NCBI GenBank assembly: GCA_021108075.1
Contig: JAIORP010000090.1
Location: forward strand, 79,828 to 143,827
DNA: 64,000 nucleotides
Reading direction: 5' to 3'
DNA from: Candidatus Omnitrophota bacterium
Lineage (GTDB): Bacteria; Omnitrophota; Gorgyraeia; Zapsychrales; Zapsychraceae
This document shows positions 30,042 to 40,310 of the stretch, piece by piece. Numbering within the stretch: position 1 is the stretch's first letter; each line of letters begins with the position of its first letter. The position numbers and the translations under genes are program-made. Below the pieces are notes generated by a model. That model saw only the letters and a list, made by a program, of their open reading frames with translations, was not told the DNA's origin and ran no database searches.

Positions 30042-30425
30042 ATGAAAGAATTGACAGGAAGGATTATTTTTGGAAACGGTGCGGCCGCCCAGCGTTTTAA
30101 AATCTGCCGGCTGGTCATGAAGAAGTACGGCCTGGTTTTTCCCCCGCTTCATTTTGGAACAATCAACATCAAATTAGACATGCCTTTTGAGACACCCTAT
30201 TATGGGATTATTATCCCGTATCATAAATTGGATGAAATTTCTTGCATGAATAAAGAATACTGGCAGTTCATTCCTGTTGATCTCGTGAACCAACGTAAGC
30301 GGCAGGGCTATATTCTTCGCACGAGCCTGAATATTCACGGTGACCGTGTGATTGAATTATTGACGGAAGACATCGCGACAGAGGCAGAGAAAGACAAGAC
30401 GATAACCGTAACCTTAACGCTGTAA
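30042..30425 (+). CDS. Small protein resembling the CTP-dependent riboflavin kinase fold
   Basis: GRIIFGNGAA and FGTINIKL recall the GxG and PGTLN motifs; AGGAGG SD. Confidence 0.5.
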   Translation: MKELTGRIIFGNGAAAQRFKICRLVMKKYGLVFPPLHFGTINIKLDMPFETPYYGIIIPYHKLDEISCMNKEYWQFIPVDLVNQRKRQGYILRTSLNIHGDRVIELLTEDIATEAEKDKTITVTLTL

Positions 30426-30437
30426 TGGATTTGGTAT
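30423..30437. repeat. Solo MITE terminal repeat
   Basis: TAATGGATTTGGTAT overlaps the stop codon of the upstream ORF. Confidence 0.6.
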
Positions 30438-30557
30438 TAAAGATCAGATGAATTTCTTGTATGCACGGGGTTCGTATTTGCAGGAGAATTTTTTTAAAAT
30501 GTGATATAATAGGTTTTTTTAGAAAACCATTCTTAAATCGAAAGCGGGCTTGTAACC

Positions 30558-32261
30558 ATGGATCATGCACAGGAGAATCGTTCTTCAAAGGAAAAAAAGT
30601 CAGTAGATTTTATTCGTACCATCGTTGCGGAAGATATCAAAAAACAAAAGAATAATGGCGAAGTTGTGACGCGTTTCCCTCCTGAGCCAAATGGATATTT
30701 GCATATTGGACATGCGAAATCAATCTGTCTTAATTTTGGCATCGCGCAGGAATTCAATGGAACATGTCATTTGCGGTTTGATGATACGAATCCAACCAAA
30801 GAAGAAGTCCAATATGTTGAGTCGATCAAGGAAGATGTGCTCTGGCTGGGTTTTAACTGGGCGGACAAGGAATTTTACGCCTCGGATTATTTTGAACGGC
30901 TTTGTCAGTTTGCCGTCCAATTGATAAAAATCGGCAAGGCCTATGTGGATAGCTCAACCCCTGAAGAGATTAGAGCCAGCCGGGGCACACTAACCGAGCC
31001 CGGGCAAAACAGCCCTTACCGCGACCGCCCCATTAAGGAAAATTTAGAGCTTTTCGAACAAATGCGCAAAGGAGACATGGACGAAGGCCAATGTGTGTTA
31101 AGGGCCAAAATTGACCTGGCGTCTTCAAATATCAATATGCGTGATCCGGTGATCTATCGGATTTTAAAGGCCCATCACCACCGTACCAAGGATCAATGGT
31201 GTATTTATCCTATGTATGATTTCACGCATGGATTGTCGGATTCCATTGAAGGGATCACGCATTCGCTTTGCACTTTGGAATTTGAAAATCATCGTCCTCT
31301 TTATGATTGGTTTTTAGAGGCGTTGCAAGTCCCGTGTCATCCTCAGCAAATCGAATTTGCCCGCCTGAACTTAACATATACGGTTATGAGCAAACGGAAG
31401 TTGTTAGAACTTGTTAGGCACGGGCATGTTTCTGGATGGGATGATCCGCGTATGCCGACGATCTCAGGTTTGAGGCGCAGAGGTTATCCCCCGGAAGCCA
31501 TTCGTGAGTTTTGTGACCGCATTGGTATCGCTAAAGTGGAAAATTTGATTGATATCTCCTTGTTGGAGTTTTGCGTGCGCGAGGATTTAAACAAACATGC
31601 GAATCGGGTGATGGTGGTTTTAGATCCTTTGAAGCTGGTCATCACCAATTATCCTGTGAATCAAACAGAGGACCTTGAAGCCATCAATAACCCTGAAGAT
31701 GAAAGCGCAGGAACACGGTTGATCCCGTTTGGGCGGGAGTTATATATCGAACGCAGTGATTTTATGGAAGACCCGCCTAAGAAATTTTTTCGTCTTGCAC
31801 CAGGGAAAGAGGTTCGTTTGCGGTATGCGTACTTCATCACATGTGAGAAAGTGATCAAAAATGATCAAGGGGGTATCCTGGAAGTTCATTGCCGGTACGA
31901 CCCGGCCTCTAAGGGCGGTCAATCTCCGGATGGTCGTAAAGTTAAAGGGACATTGCATTGGGTAGCGGGTCAGTCTGCTGTGACCTGCGAGGTCCGGCTT
32001 TATGACCGGCTTTTTTTTAAAGAAAATCCGGACAGTCCAAAGGATGAAACAGATTATAAAGCATATTTAAACCCGGATTCATTAAAGGTCGAAAAAGCGG
32101 CATTTGCTGAGCCCTGCTTAGCGTCAGCAAAGGTCGGTGACCGCTTGCAATTTGAAAGACTAGGTTATTTTTGTGTTGATCCAGACAGTAATAAAGACAA
32201 ACGGGTTGTCAATCGCACTGTTGCTTTAAAGGATTCTTGGGCAAAAATGAAGAAAATATAA
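30558..32261 (+). CDS. glnS: Glutaminyl-tRNA synthetase
   Basis: [37 protein letters not shown]. Confidence 0.97.
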   Translation: MDHAQENRSSKEKKSVDFIRTIVAEDIKKQKNNGEVVTRFPPEPNGYLHIGHAKSICLNFGIAQEFNGTCHLRFDDTNPTKEEVQYVESIKEDVLWLGFNWADKEFYASDYFERLCQFAVQLIKIGKAYVDSSTPEEIRASRGTLTEPGQNSPYRDRPIKENLELFEQMRKGDMDEGQCVLRAKIDLASSNINMRDPVIYRILKAHHHRTKDQWCIYPMYDFTHGLSDSIEGITHSLCTLEFENHRPLYDWFLEALQVPCHPQQIEFARLNLTYTVMSKRKLLELVRHGHVSGWDDPRMPTISGLRRRGYPPEAIREFCDRIGIAKVENLIDISLLEFCVREDLNKHANRVMVVLDPLKLVITNYPVNQTEDLEAINNPEDESAGTRLIPFGRELYIERSDFMEDPPKKFFRLAPGKEVRLRYAYFITCEKVIKNDQGGILEVHCRYDPASKGGQSPDGRKVKGTLHWVAGQSAVTCEVRLYDRLFFKENPDSPKDETDYKAYLNPDSLKVEKAAFAEPCLASAKVGDRLQFERLGYFCVDPDSNKDKRVVNRTVALKDSWAKMKKI

Positions 32262-32282
32262 AGACAGGCATAGGTGTTCGAT

Positions 32283-32981
32283 ATGCTTAAATTTATTTTA
32301 TTTATTACCATGTTTTTTTTCTCATCTCATCACTCTGGGGACGCTGCAGAAAACGAGTTCATTTCACAACGGCTTCAAATGGTGGAACATCAGATTAAGC
32401 GTCGAGGAATTAAAGATCCGCGTGTTTTAGCGGCCATGCAAAAGGTTCCGCGACATCTGTTCGTGCCGTCATCTTACCGGAATCAAAGTTATGAAGATCA
32501 CCCTTTGCCCATCGGTAAAGGTCAAACAATTTCACAACCTTTCATTGTGTCCGTTATGACGGAATTATTAGAGCTCGATGGCAGTGAGAAGGTTTTAGAG
32601 ATTGGAACCGGCAGTGGCTATCAAGCCGCGATTTTAGCCGAACTCGCAAAAGAGGTTTATACCGTCGAAATTATTAATAGTTTCGCGGATGAGTCTAAAA
32701 AACTTCTGCAAACCCTGGGTTATGAAAATGTCCATGTCTTTTGGGGTGATGGTTATAAAGGCTGGCCTGAACACGCCCCTTATGATGCGATTATCGTGAC
32801 CGCTGCACCAAAAAAAATTCCTCAGGCATTGGTGGATCAATTGAAAGAAGGCGGTCGTTTGGTCATTCCTGTCGGTCATTTTTATCAAAAGTTGAAGCTT
32901 GTGATCAAACAAAATGGCCGTATGATCGAAAAAAATATTGTTGCGGTAAATTTTGTTCCCATGGTGCATCCGTCTCCCTAA
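32283..32981 (+). CDS. pcm: Protein-L-isoaspartate O-methyltransferase
   Basis: VPRHLFV, GQTISQP, LEIGTGSGYQAA, APYDAI, FVPM. Confidence 0.95.
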   Translation: MLKFILFITMFFFSSHHSGDAAENEFISQRLQMVEHQIKRRGIKDPRVLAAMQKVPRHLFVPSSYRNQSYEDHPLPIGKGQTISQPFIVSVMTELLELDGSEKVLEIGTGSGYQAAILAELAKEVYTVEIINSFADESKKLLQTLGYENVHVFWGDGYKGWPEHAPYDAIIVTAAPKKIPQALVDQLKEGGRLVIPVGHFYQKLKLVIKQNGRMIEKNIVAVNFVPMVHPSP

Positions 32982-33083
32982 AATATTCATTTTTTCCACG
33001 AAAAAACCTTGCTGGAAACAGCATATACCAGTATAATAAAGGCTTCTTCACTAGGCTCAAAAAACATTAGGATTGTTAGACTT

Positions 33084-34370
33084 ATGAAATTCTATGCCGA
33101 TTTTCACATCCATTCACATTATTCAAGGGCAACAAGCAAACTATTGAACTTAGAACATTTGCAATATTGGGCGCAATTAAAAGGGCTTCAAGTTGTGGGG
33201 ACTGGTGATTTTGTTCATCCGGGATGGCTTGATGAACTTAAAGAAAAATTAGAACCAGCTGAAGAGGGGTTTTTTCGATTAAAGAAAGAATATGCCAATA
33301 GCGGTCCGGCACCGGTTCCTGAAAAATGCCGGGGGGAAGTCCGCTTTATGCTTGTTGTGGAAATTTCCAATATTTATAAAAAAGCGGATAAAGTCCGTAA
33401 GAATCATAATGTTGTTTTTGTTCCCTCTTTCCGTGCGGCAGATCTTTTACAGCAACGATTAGATGCGATTGGCAATATTCGCTCGGATGGCCGTCCTATT
33501 TTAGGATTAGACGCGCGTGATTTGCTGGAAATGGTCTTAGAGACAGATCCGTTATCTTTTTTGGTTCCTGCGCATATATGGACGCCCTGGTTTTCTGTTT
33601 TAGGATCAAAAAGCGGATTTGATCAGATAGAGGGGTGCTTTGGGGATTTAACGAAACATATTTTTGCTGTTGAAACAGGGTTGTCCTCGGATCCCCCGAT
33701 GAATTGGCGTTTAACACAGTTAGACCCGTTTGTTTTGATTTCAAATTCGGATGCGCATTCTCCTTCGAAATTAGCGCGGGAATTTAATATTTTTGAAACA
33801 AATTTTGACTATCCTTCGATTTATCAGTCCTTGAAGAATAAAAAAAATAAGGGTTTCAAAGGAACGGCTGAGTTTTTTCCCGAAGAAGGGAAATACCATT
33901 ATGACGGCCATCGCGCGTGTCAAGTCCGCTTAACCCCAGAGGAAACGATCAAGCAGAAAGGATTATGTCCTGTTTGCGGTAAACCTGTGACGGTCGGTGT
34001 CATGTCGAGAGTTGAGGCGTTAGCCGATCGGTCGCGAGGGGAGAAATCCGCCCGTTGGCGTCCATACCACAGTTTAATCCCTCTTCCTGAAATCATTTCT
34101 GAGGCAAAAGGTGTTGGCCCGAACTCGAAAACCGTGCAGAATATCTATCATCAGATGTTGCTGAAATTAGGACAGGAAGTCTATATATTAATGGATGCCC
34201 CTATTAATAATATAGAAAAGGTAGCGGGTGATTTAGTGGCTGAAGGTATTCGTCGTGTGCGCACGGGAGACGTGAATATTGCGGCTGGATATGATGGAGA
34301 ATATGGAAAAATTCAATTGATCAATCAGGAAGACCGCAAGGCCCGGGCGGGGCAACTGTCCTTATTTTAA
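33084..34370 (+). CDS. PHP-domain endonuclease Q family protein
   Basis: ADFHIHSHYS, GTGD, PAHIWTPW, SNSDAHS, GKYHYDGHRAC, CPVCG, GYDGEYG. Confidence 0.85.
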   Translation: MKFYADFHIHSHYSRATSKLLNLEHLQYWAQLKGLQVVGTGDFVHPGWLDELKEKLEPAEEGFFRLKKEYANSGPAPVPEKCRGEVRFMLVVEISNIYKKADKVRKNHNVVFVPSFRAADLLQQRLDAIGNIRSDGRPILGLDARDLLEMVLETDPLSFLVPAHIWTPWFSVLGSKSGFDQIEGCFGDLTKHIFAVETGLSSDPPMNWRLTQLDPFVLISNSDAHSPSKLAREFNIFETNFDYPSIYQSLKNKKNKGFKGTAEFFPEEGKYHYDGHRACQVRLTPEETIKQKGLCPVCGKPVTVGVMSRVEALADRSRGEKSARWRPYHSLIPLPEIISEAKGVGPNSKTVQNIYHQMLLKLGQEVYILMDAPINNIEKVAGDLVAEGIRRVRTGDVNIAAGYDGEYGKIQLINQEDRKARAGQLSLF

Positions 34371-34427
34371 TGTAAAGAGCGGCCGGATGTCTCTTACATC
34401 TTTTTTTATGAAAATATTTTTAATGAA

Positions 34428-34463
34428 GTGAATTCCTCTGAGCTCTGCTGCGAGGAGATTCAC
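34428..34463. repeat. Imperfect palindrome between the EndoQ-like and UvrD-like genes
   Basis: GTGAATTCCTCTGAGCTCTGCTGCGAGGAGATTCAC. Confidence 0.5.
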
Positions 34464-34490
34464 TGGGTGGAATCTTTTTTTTCTTTTAGA

Positions 34491-36455
34491 ATGAAGAGAG
34501 TGATGAAAACGGACCCCGATAAAAGACCGCAAGATGTAAATATGTCTCAATGGCAAAGCATTTGCTATGAAGGACAAAACTTGCTGATCGTCGCGGGGCC
34601 GGGAACCGGAAAAACACATACACTGATATACCGTGTTCAAAGAAAAATACAGGCATTATCGGAACATCAAAAAATTTTAGCCATTACCTTCACGCATAAG
34701 GCCGCCCAACAGATGAAGGAACGTTTGGCCTCCAGACACACAAACATAGACGAGTTTGTTTTTGTTGGCACGTTCCATTCTTTTTGTATGGACCTTCTTC
34801 GGAAATACACGCAAGACGCCCGCCTGCCGGAGGAGTTCTCGATCATAACGGAACAGCAATTGAAATCTTATCAGTCCATATTTTTTCCGGACGAAAAGGC
34901 ACAGGAGATTCGACGGAAACTGAGAGAGATTTCTCATTGGAAGTCCACGCAGCTCGACCAGGACAACCCCGAACATGTTCAGGCGTATAATCACGTTCTA
35001 AGGCAGTGGGGCTTTTTAGATTATGATGATATTCTGCGGGAAACTGTTTTGTTTTTAACGGACAATGAAGATATTGCCGTTCAGATTTCTCAGCAATACC
35101 CATTTATTTTTGTTGATGAATATCAGGACATGAATCCTGTTCAGCATGCCTTATTAAAACGAATTATTAAAAAGGGCAGTCAATTAACAGCGATCGGAGA
35201 CCCGCAACAAGCGATTTATAGTTTTCGAGGTTCGGACGTGAAATTTTTTGACCAATTTGAAAAGGATTTTCCCGCCAGTCGTATATTGTCCTTACACGAT
35301 CATTACCGTTCGGCAGCGAATCTTTTGCAGGCGTCACAACAGGTTATTAGCGCCCGGGCTGCGTGTGACGTTCCTAAACTTGTCTCGCAGATTTATACGA
35401 AGGGTCAGCTCATTCATCATATTTCCCCGACGGATAAAGCGGAAGCTGAGTATGTTGTCCAGCAAATAGAGTCCCTGATGGAAGGCACAAGCATGTTTTC
35501 GCATGACTCGGGCCGGGTGGACGAGACAATCAAGCCCTTGGTGAGTTTTAAAGATATTGCCGTTTTTTACCGTTTGAATCATCAAAAAAAATTAATCGAA
35601 CAGGCCTTGTTCCGCAGCGGTATGCCCTATCAAACCTCCGGAGATTGTTCCCCGGGGGAACAAATGCCAGTGTATGATTTTATCACATACTTGAAATTCA
35701 TTTCAGGGCTGGGTATCAATACCGCTGATTTAATGTCGCTTGTTTTTTTATTAAAGGCCGTGACAAAAAAAGATCAATCTCTAACGATTAAAGAGATTCA
35801 AGCAAGCAGCCCTCAAACCATATATCTTGCTCAGATGGATGCGTGGTTGGATATCCGCCGTATGTTCAGGAATGTCGAAGGTGTACAGTTTTTTTGGTCT
35901 GAGTTAAGACGGATGGAAACTCAATCAAGGGGCAGCAATTTTCAGGAAGTCTTTGACAATGTTATGAAAAGCCAGGATTGGAATGTCGTTTTGAAAGGGA
36001 ATCGACCGTGGCTGGAACGGCTGGAAGGTTTGAGGAGACGCTTAAAGAAATTTTTGACCATGCGTTCTTTTTGTGATGACGTGCTGTTGCAGCGTGCGGA
36101 AGACAGTGACGATTATGCGGTCGAACGGATCCATTTGATGACATTGCACGCTTCGAAAGGGCTGGAATTCCCGGTGGTTTTTATTGTTGGATGTGAAGAC
36201 GGAATTTTACCCTACCGACGTGAAGGTGCAACCGATATGGAAGAAGAAAACAGGCTGTTTTATGTAGGTATGACCCGCGCCCAGCAGGTGTTGTACTTAA
36301 CACAGGCCCGGAAGCGTTATTGGTATGGAAAAAAAATGATGAATCCTGTCTCGCCTTTTGTGACATCGATTGAGTCCGCATTAAAAGACATGGATATTAC
36401 ACCAAAAAAACAGAATAAATTTAAGTCAACCGAACAACAAATCACCCTCTTTTAA
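34491..36455 (+). CDS. UvrD/PcrA/Rep-family SF1 helicase
   Basis: AGPGTGKT, VDEYQD, GDPQQAIYSFRG, TLHASKGLEF, RLFYVGMTRA; exact start uncertain (34491 or 34503). Confidence 0.93.
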   Translation: MKRVMKTDPDKRPQDVNMSQWQSICYEGQNLLIVAGPGTGKTHTLIYRVQRKIQALSEHQKILAITFTHKAAQQMKERLASRHTNIDEFVFVGTFHSFCMDLLRKYTQDARLPEEFSIITEQQLKSYQSIFFPDEKAQEIRRKLREISHWKSTQLDQDNPEHVQAYNHVLRQWGFLDYDDILRETVLFLTDNEDIAVQISQQYPFIFVDEYQDMNPVQHALLKRIIKKGSQLTAIGDPQQAIYSFRGSDVKFFDQFEKDFPASRILSLHDHYRSAANLLQASQQVISARAACDVPKLVSQIYTKGQLIHHISPTDKAEAEYVVQQIESLMEGTSMFSHDSGRVDETIKPLVSFKDIAVFYRLNHQKKLIEQALFRSGMPYQTSGDCSPGEQMPVYDFITYLKFISGLGINTADLMSLVFLLKAVTKKDQSLTIKEIQASSPQTIYLAQMDAWLDIRRMFRNVEGVQFFWSELRRMETQSRGSNFQEVFDNVMKSQDWNVVLKGNRPWLERLEGLRRRLKKFLTMRSFCDDVLLQRAEDSDDYAVERIHLMTLHASKGLEFPVVFIVGCEDGILPYRREGATDMEEENRLFYVGMTRAQQVLYLTQARKRYWYGKKMMNPVSPFVTSIESALKDMDITPKKQNKFKSTEQQITLF

Positions 36456-36456
36456 A

Positions 36457-38322
36457 ATGAAATCAAAAAAACGACTTAAAATTTTATTTGTTTTAACCGT
36501 AACAACATGTTTTATTTCCGTCGGCTCCGCAGAGGAACCCCCGATCATGGATTTAGACAAGATTGTCATATCGGCCCACCGCACCGAAACCGATTTGGAT
36601 GATGCCGTTGATAATATTGACGTCTACTCTGAAGAATTTCTCGAGCAGTTGCCGGCTGATAATTTAGGTGAAGCCTTGCATTATTTGCCGGGGGTGGATG
36701 TTTTGATCAATGGCAGTTTCGGCCAGGCGAAAAACCTGACGATCTATGGGTCCCAGGTGCGCCATGTGCTGGTCGCCATTGACGGGATTCCCATGAATAC
36801 GCAATTATCAGGCCAAGCAAATCTGAGCCGTTTGCCTATAGGGATTATTCAAAGAATCGAAGTGATCAAGGGCCCGGCTTCAAGCGCATGGGGTTCCAGC
36901 CTGGGTGGCGTTATCAATGTCATCACAAAGCAAGCCCCCAAAGAAGACGGGCTAACAGGAGAATTTTCCGCTTCTTTTGCCGAACACCACACCTTTAAGG
37001 AGACCCTCAATTTATCGGGACGCTCAAAGAAAATAAGTTATTTTTTTTCGGGGAATCATATGATATCTGACGGGATCAAGTCAAAGTCCAGGGCAGAAGA
37101 AAATAAGTTTTATCAAAAAATCAGGTATGATCTGACGGATGATATGTCGGTAACAGGTTCTTTTGGATATACGGGCGCGCAGATCAGTGACGGCGTGAAT
37201 CCGAACAATCGGTGGTACCATCTACCCTATAACACGCGTTTTGGGAAACTTCAATGGGATACTCTTCAGGACGAACAGCAATGGCATGCGGCTTATAAAT
37301 ATAATGATCAGGATGTCACAACTGATTTTTATCACGCGACAACAGATGCCCTTCTTTCTTCGACGGTCAGCCATAACGTCTATCAGGGATTAAGTCTGAA
37401 TGGACACCGGCGGATTAACCCGCAATGTTTATTGGTGACGGGGGTTGATTTTGATTGGCATCGATTAAAATCGAACAATTATTTGGAAGAAGCAAAACAC
37501 GTCGCGATGCAATCTCCGTATGTCAATCTGTTTGTTGAAAAAGGCCCGTGGTCTTTCGTCCCTGGCCTCAGATATGATAACAACAACCGGTTTGGCGAAC
37601 AGGTGAGTCCGAGCTTTGGGATGGTGTATAAAAGTTTGACCTTTCCTGATTTGAGCATTCAAACAAAGGTGTCACGCGCGTTCAACGCTCCGCCGTTATT
37701 GTGGATTTATAATGAAGACCTCGCATGGCTGGTCGCGCCGAATCCTGATTTAAAAGCAGAAAGAGGCCTTGTTTATGAAATCGGAATAGATAAAGCGTTA
37801 ACGGATAAATTAGATGTGAAGTTGAATTTTTACCGGGCAGATATTAAAGACGCGATTGCGGTAACGTTTAACGGGACCGCTTTTCAATCAGAAAATTTTA
37901 AGAAATTCCGCCGGCAAGGAGTGGAATTGATTTGGGCGTACGATTTTTCTGATGAATGGCGAATTTTTGGGAGTGGCGCGTTCAATGATGTTGAGAACAG
38001 ACAGACAAAGGAAACCGTTCGCGATTCCAGCATCGCGCGGCAAAGCTATCAAATAGGCGTCAATTATCAATATCAAGAAGAATGGTTTGTCTATCTTTCC
38101 GGATTTTATAAGCGCTGGAGCTCTGCGGCCTCTTTGGAGCCGAATGACAGGAAAATTATTTTAGACCTGAGCGTTAAGAAAAAAATAAAGAATATTTTTA
38201 AGGAGAACGATCTGGATGTTTTTTTGAACATTCACAATATCACCAACAGCAAATACTGGGCTTCTATTAATAATCCCTTACCTGGCCGGTACTTTGAAGG
38301 AGGCTGTACCGTTTCTTTTTAA
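36457..38322 (+). CDS. TonB-dependent outer membrane receptor
   Basis: Signal peptide, DKIVISA TonB box, RIEVIKGPASSAWG plug, GGVINVITK, NPDLKAE, C-terminal Phe. Confidence 0.93.
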   Translation: MKSKKRLKILFVLTVTTCFISVGSAEEPPIMDLDKIVISAHRTETDLDDAVDNIDVYSEEFLEQLPADNLGEALHYLPGVDVLINGSFGQAKNLTIYGSQVRHVLVAIDGIPMNTQLSGQANLSRLPIGIIQRIEVIKGPASSAWGSSLGGVINVITKQAPKEDGLTGEFSASFAEHHTFKETLNLSGRSKKISYFFSGNHMISDGIKSKSRAEENKFYQKIRYDLTDDMSVTGSFGYTGAQISDGVNPNNRWYHLPYNTRFGKLQWDTLQDEQQWHAAYKYNDQDVTTDFYHATTDALLSSTVSHNVYQGLSLNGHRRINPQCLLVTGVDFDWHRLKSNNYLEEAKHVAMQSPYVNLFVEKGPWSFVPGLRYDNNNRFGEQVSPSFGMVYKSLTFPDLSIQTKVSRAFNAPPLLWIYNEDLAWLVAPNPDLKAERGLVYEIGIDKALTDKLDVKLNFYRADIKDAIAVTFNGTAFQSENFKKFRRQGVELIWAYDFSDEWRIFGSGAFNDVENRQTKETVRDSSIARQSYQIGVNYQYQEEWFVYLSGFYKRWSSAASLEPNDRKIILDLSVKKKIKNIFKENDLDVFLNIHNITNSKYWASINNPLPGRYFEGGCTVSF

Positions 38323-38332
38323 AAAAAAGTTA

Positions 38333-38401
38333 AAAAAGCAGAAAAGAGTCAGTTTTAGGCGCTGTGACCCTATTTACGAAAGGGTGGGGATAGTGTAAAG
38401 T
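38333..38401 (+). promoter_or_regulatory. Operator plus promoter of the SBP-precursor-rSAM operon
   Basis: AAAAAGCAGAAAAGAGTCAGTTTT-13 nt-CTATTTAC; TTTACG-17 nt-TAAAGT; duplicated at 44195. Confidence 0.7.
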
Positions 38402-38434
38402 AACAGATATCTAGCCTATTTCGCCCTAGTCACC

Positions 38435-40087
38435 ATGATGTCGAAAAAGAAAAAAATTTTTAATTTGTTATTTGTCATCCTTTTTATCTTATGCGTTGGT
38501 TTCTTTTTTAAAAACAATGTTTCCATAAAAATATACCGTCACTTTAAAGCAGCAATTTCAACGGAAACAGAAAGCACGTCACATAATGAAAAATATGGGG
38601 GCACGCTTGTCTTGGGAACATCCAACGCCCCTGCAATTATAAATCCGATACTTACGCAGCATAGCGTTTCAGTCATCCTGATAGGTTTAATTTTTGATTC
38701 ACTTATTCGTGTTGATGAATCCGGGAATGTTGTTCCGGGGCTGGCCTATAAATGGGACATTTCTGATGACGGCCTAGATTACATTTTTTACCTCAGAGAA
38801 GATGTTTATTTTCATGACGGTGTGCCATTAACCGCGGAAGATGTTAAGTTTACCTATGATTTGCACCGTTCCAAAAATATTCCGTCCTTCCGGTATGTGA
38901 GCTATGATGCGGTTCAAGACATCGTCGTTTTGGATAAATTGACAATAAAAGTTTCTTTGAAAAAGAAAAATATTTTTTTCCTGAGACGGCTATTGTCTTC
39001 CATCGTCCCCAAACATGTTTATGAGGGAAAGAATTTAGCTGAAGCGGATTTTAACTATGCGCCGGTTGGCAGCGGGATCTATAAATTTCATTCGTGGAAT
39101 AAAACAACGAATCAGATTGAATTGGTTGTCAATGAACATTATTTTGACGACCGGGCAAATTTAGACCGGATCATCATCCGGACATACAAAACGATTCCGC
39201 AATTATGGGCCGCGTTATTAAGAGGCGAAGTCGACCTCATAAAATATATTTCCCGCAAGGATTATAATGTTTTGAAAAAAGACCCGACTTTTCAGACATT
39301 TAAAATTGTTGGGTTTATCTTCTCGGCGATATATTTTAACCCGGACAGCCAGCTATTGTCAGACCCTGAGGTGCGCAAAGCCGTTTCGATGAGCATTGAT
39401 CGCAAACAATTGATTGATGCCTTGTCGCAAGGAGGCGCGGAATGCTATTCCCCCCTGTCGATGGACAGAGACAAAGAGAGTGACACATATCGCTATGATC
39501 CTTTAAAAGCAAAATTAAAACTCATGCACCGCGGTTGGATGGATGCGGATGGTGATGGGATATTAGAAAAGGATCTTCAGGATTTTGAAATACGCTTAAT
39601 GGTTAATCAACGCAGTGATTTTTTTACCAAATTAGCGCTTCTTTTACGGCAGCAGTTGAGCGAGGTCGGCATTAAGGTGACAATATTGTTATATGCCGAC
39701 GAGTCGGACTTGAATACGGATTATGTCCGAACGCATCGGGCCAACGCGTGGCTGCGTTTTTTTATGGGGGGAACGAGGGATGAAGATCGATTGTATCCTA
39801 TTCTCGGCACGTGGAGTTCATCTTCCAATCTGTTCGGTCAGATATGGAAATATCATAATCCGGAGATTGACCGCATTTTTAACGCTGTCAGCCAGGCGGA
39901 CAAACCTGATCGCGAAAAATTGTTCCGGCAGGCCGGTCAAATTTTATTCGAGGACCAACCGGTCAGTTGCCTGTTTTACACGGAAGATTATCACGCGGTT
40001 TCTGCCAGGATTAAAAATGTTGAATTTTTTTTTTATGGCTATGTGTCAGCTTATTCGATCAAAGATTGGTACATTCAAGATCATTAG
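38435..40087 (+). CDS. Family 5 (OppA/AppA-like) peptide-binding protein, membrane anchored
   Basis: YGGTL, PGLAYKWDIS, FHDGVPLTAEDVKFT, PVGSG.YKF, VRKAVSMSIDR. Confidence 0.9.
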   Translation: MMSKKKKIFNLLFVILFILCVGFFFKNNVSIKIYRHFKAAISTETESTSHNEKYGGTLVLGTSNAPAIINPILTQHSVSVILIGLIFDSLIRVDESGNVVPGLAYKWDISDDGLDYIFYLREDVYFHDGVPLTAEDVKFTYDLHRSKNIPSFRYVSYDAVQDIVVLDKLTIKVSLKKKNIFFLRRLLSSIVPKHVYEGKNLAEADFNYAPVGSGIYKFHSWNKTTNQIELVVNEHYFDDRANLDRIIIRTYKTIPQLWAALLRGEVDLIKYISRKDYNVLKKDPTFQTFKIVGFIFSAIYFNPDSQLLSDPEVRKAVSMSIDRKQLIDALSQGGAECYSPLSMDRDKESDTYRYDPLKAKLKLMHRGWMDADGDGILEKDLQDFEIRLMVNQRSDFFTKLALLLRQQLSEVGIKVTILLYADESDLNTDYVRTHRANAWLRFFMGGTRDEDRLYPILGTWSSSSNLFGQIWKYHNPEIDRIFNAVSQADKPDREKLFRQAGQILFEDQPVSCLFYTEDYHAVSARIKNVEFFFYGYVSAYSIKDWYIQDH

Positions 40088-40133
40088 TCTGGCATTTATC
40101 GCGTAACAATAATGATGAAAGGAGGTGAAAATC

Positions 40134-40244
40134 ATGACCATTATTAAAAGAGGGCATAAAGAATTAAGCCAGGCTTCTATCCTTGCATGTTGCTGGCCTC
40201 CAGGGTGTGAAATCATGGATCTTCCATGGGAAGAAGGCGAGTAA
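40134..40244 (+). CDS. Putative RiPP precursor peptide MTIIKRGHKELSQASILACCWPPGCEIMDLPWEEGE (36 aa)
   Basis: Strong SD AAGGAGGTGA 5 nt before ATG; Cys/Trp/Pro-rich C-terminal core; directly upstream of the rSAM/SPASM gene; below the ORF-track size cut-off. Confidence 0.85.
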   Translation: MTIIKRGHKELSQASILACCWPPGCEIMDLPWEEGE

Positions 40245-40267
40245 GTTTTTAATCATTATTAATGTTA

Positions 40268-40295
40268 CGGTGTGCTGTGGGTCCGCAGCACACCG
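40268..40295 (+). other. Stable stem-loop between precursor and maturase genes
   Basis: CGGTGTGCTGTG-GGTC-CGCAGCACACCG with no T tract. Confidence 0.75.
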
Positions 40296-40310
40296 CGCAG
40301 GGGAGATCGT

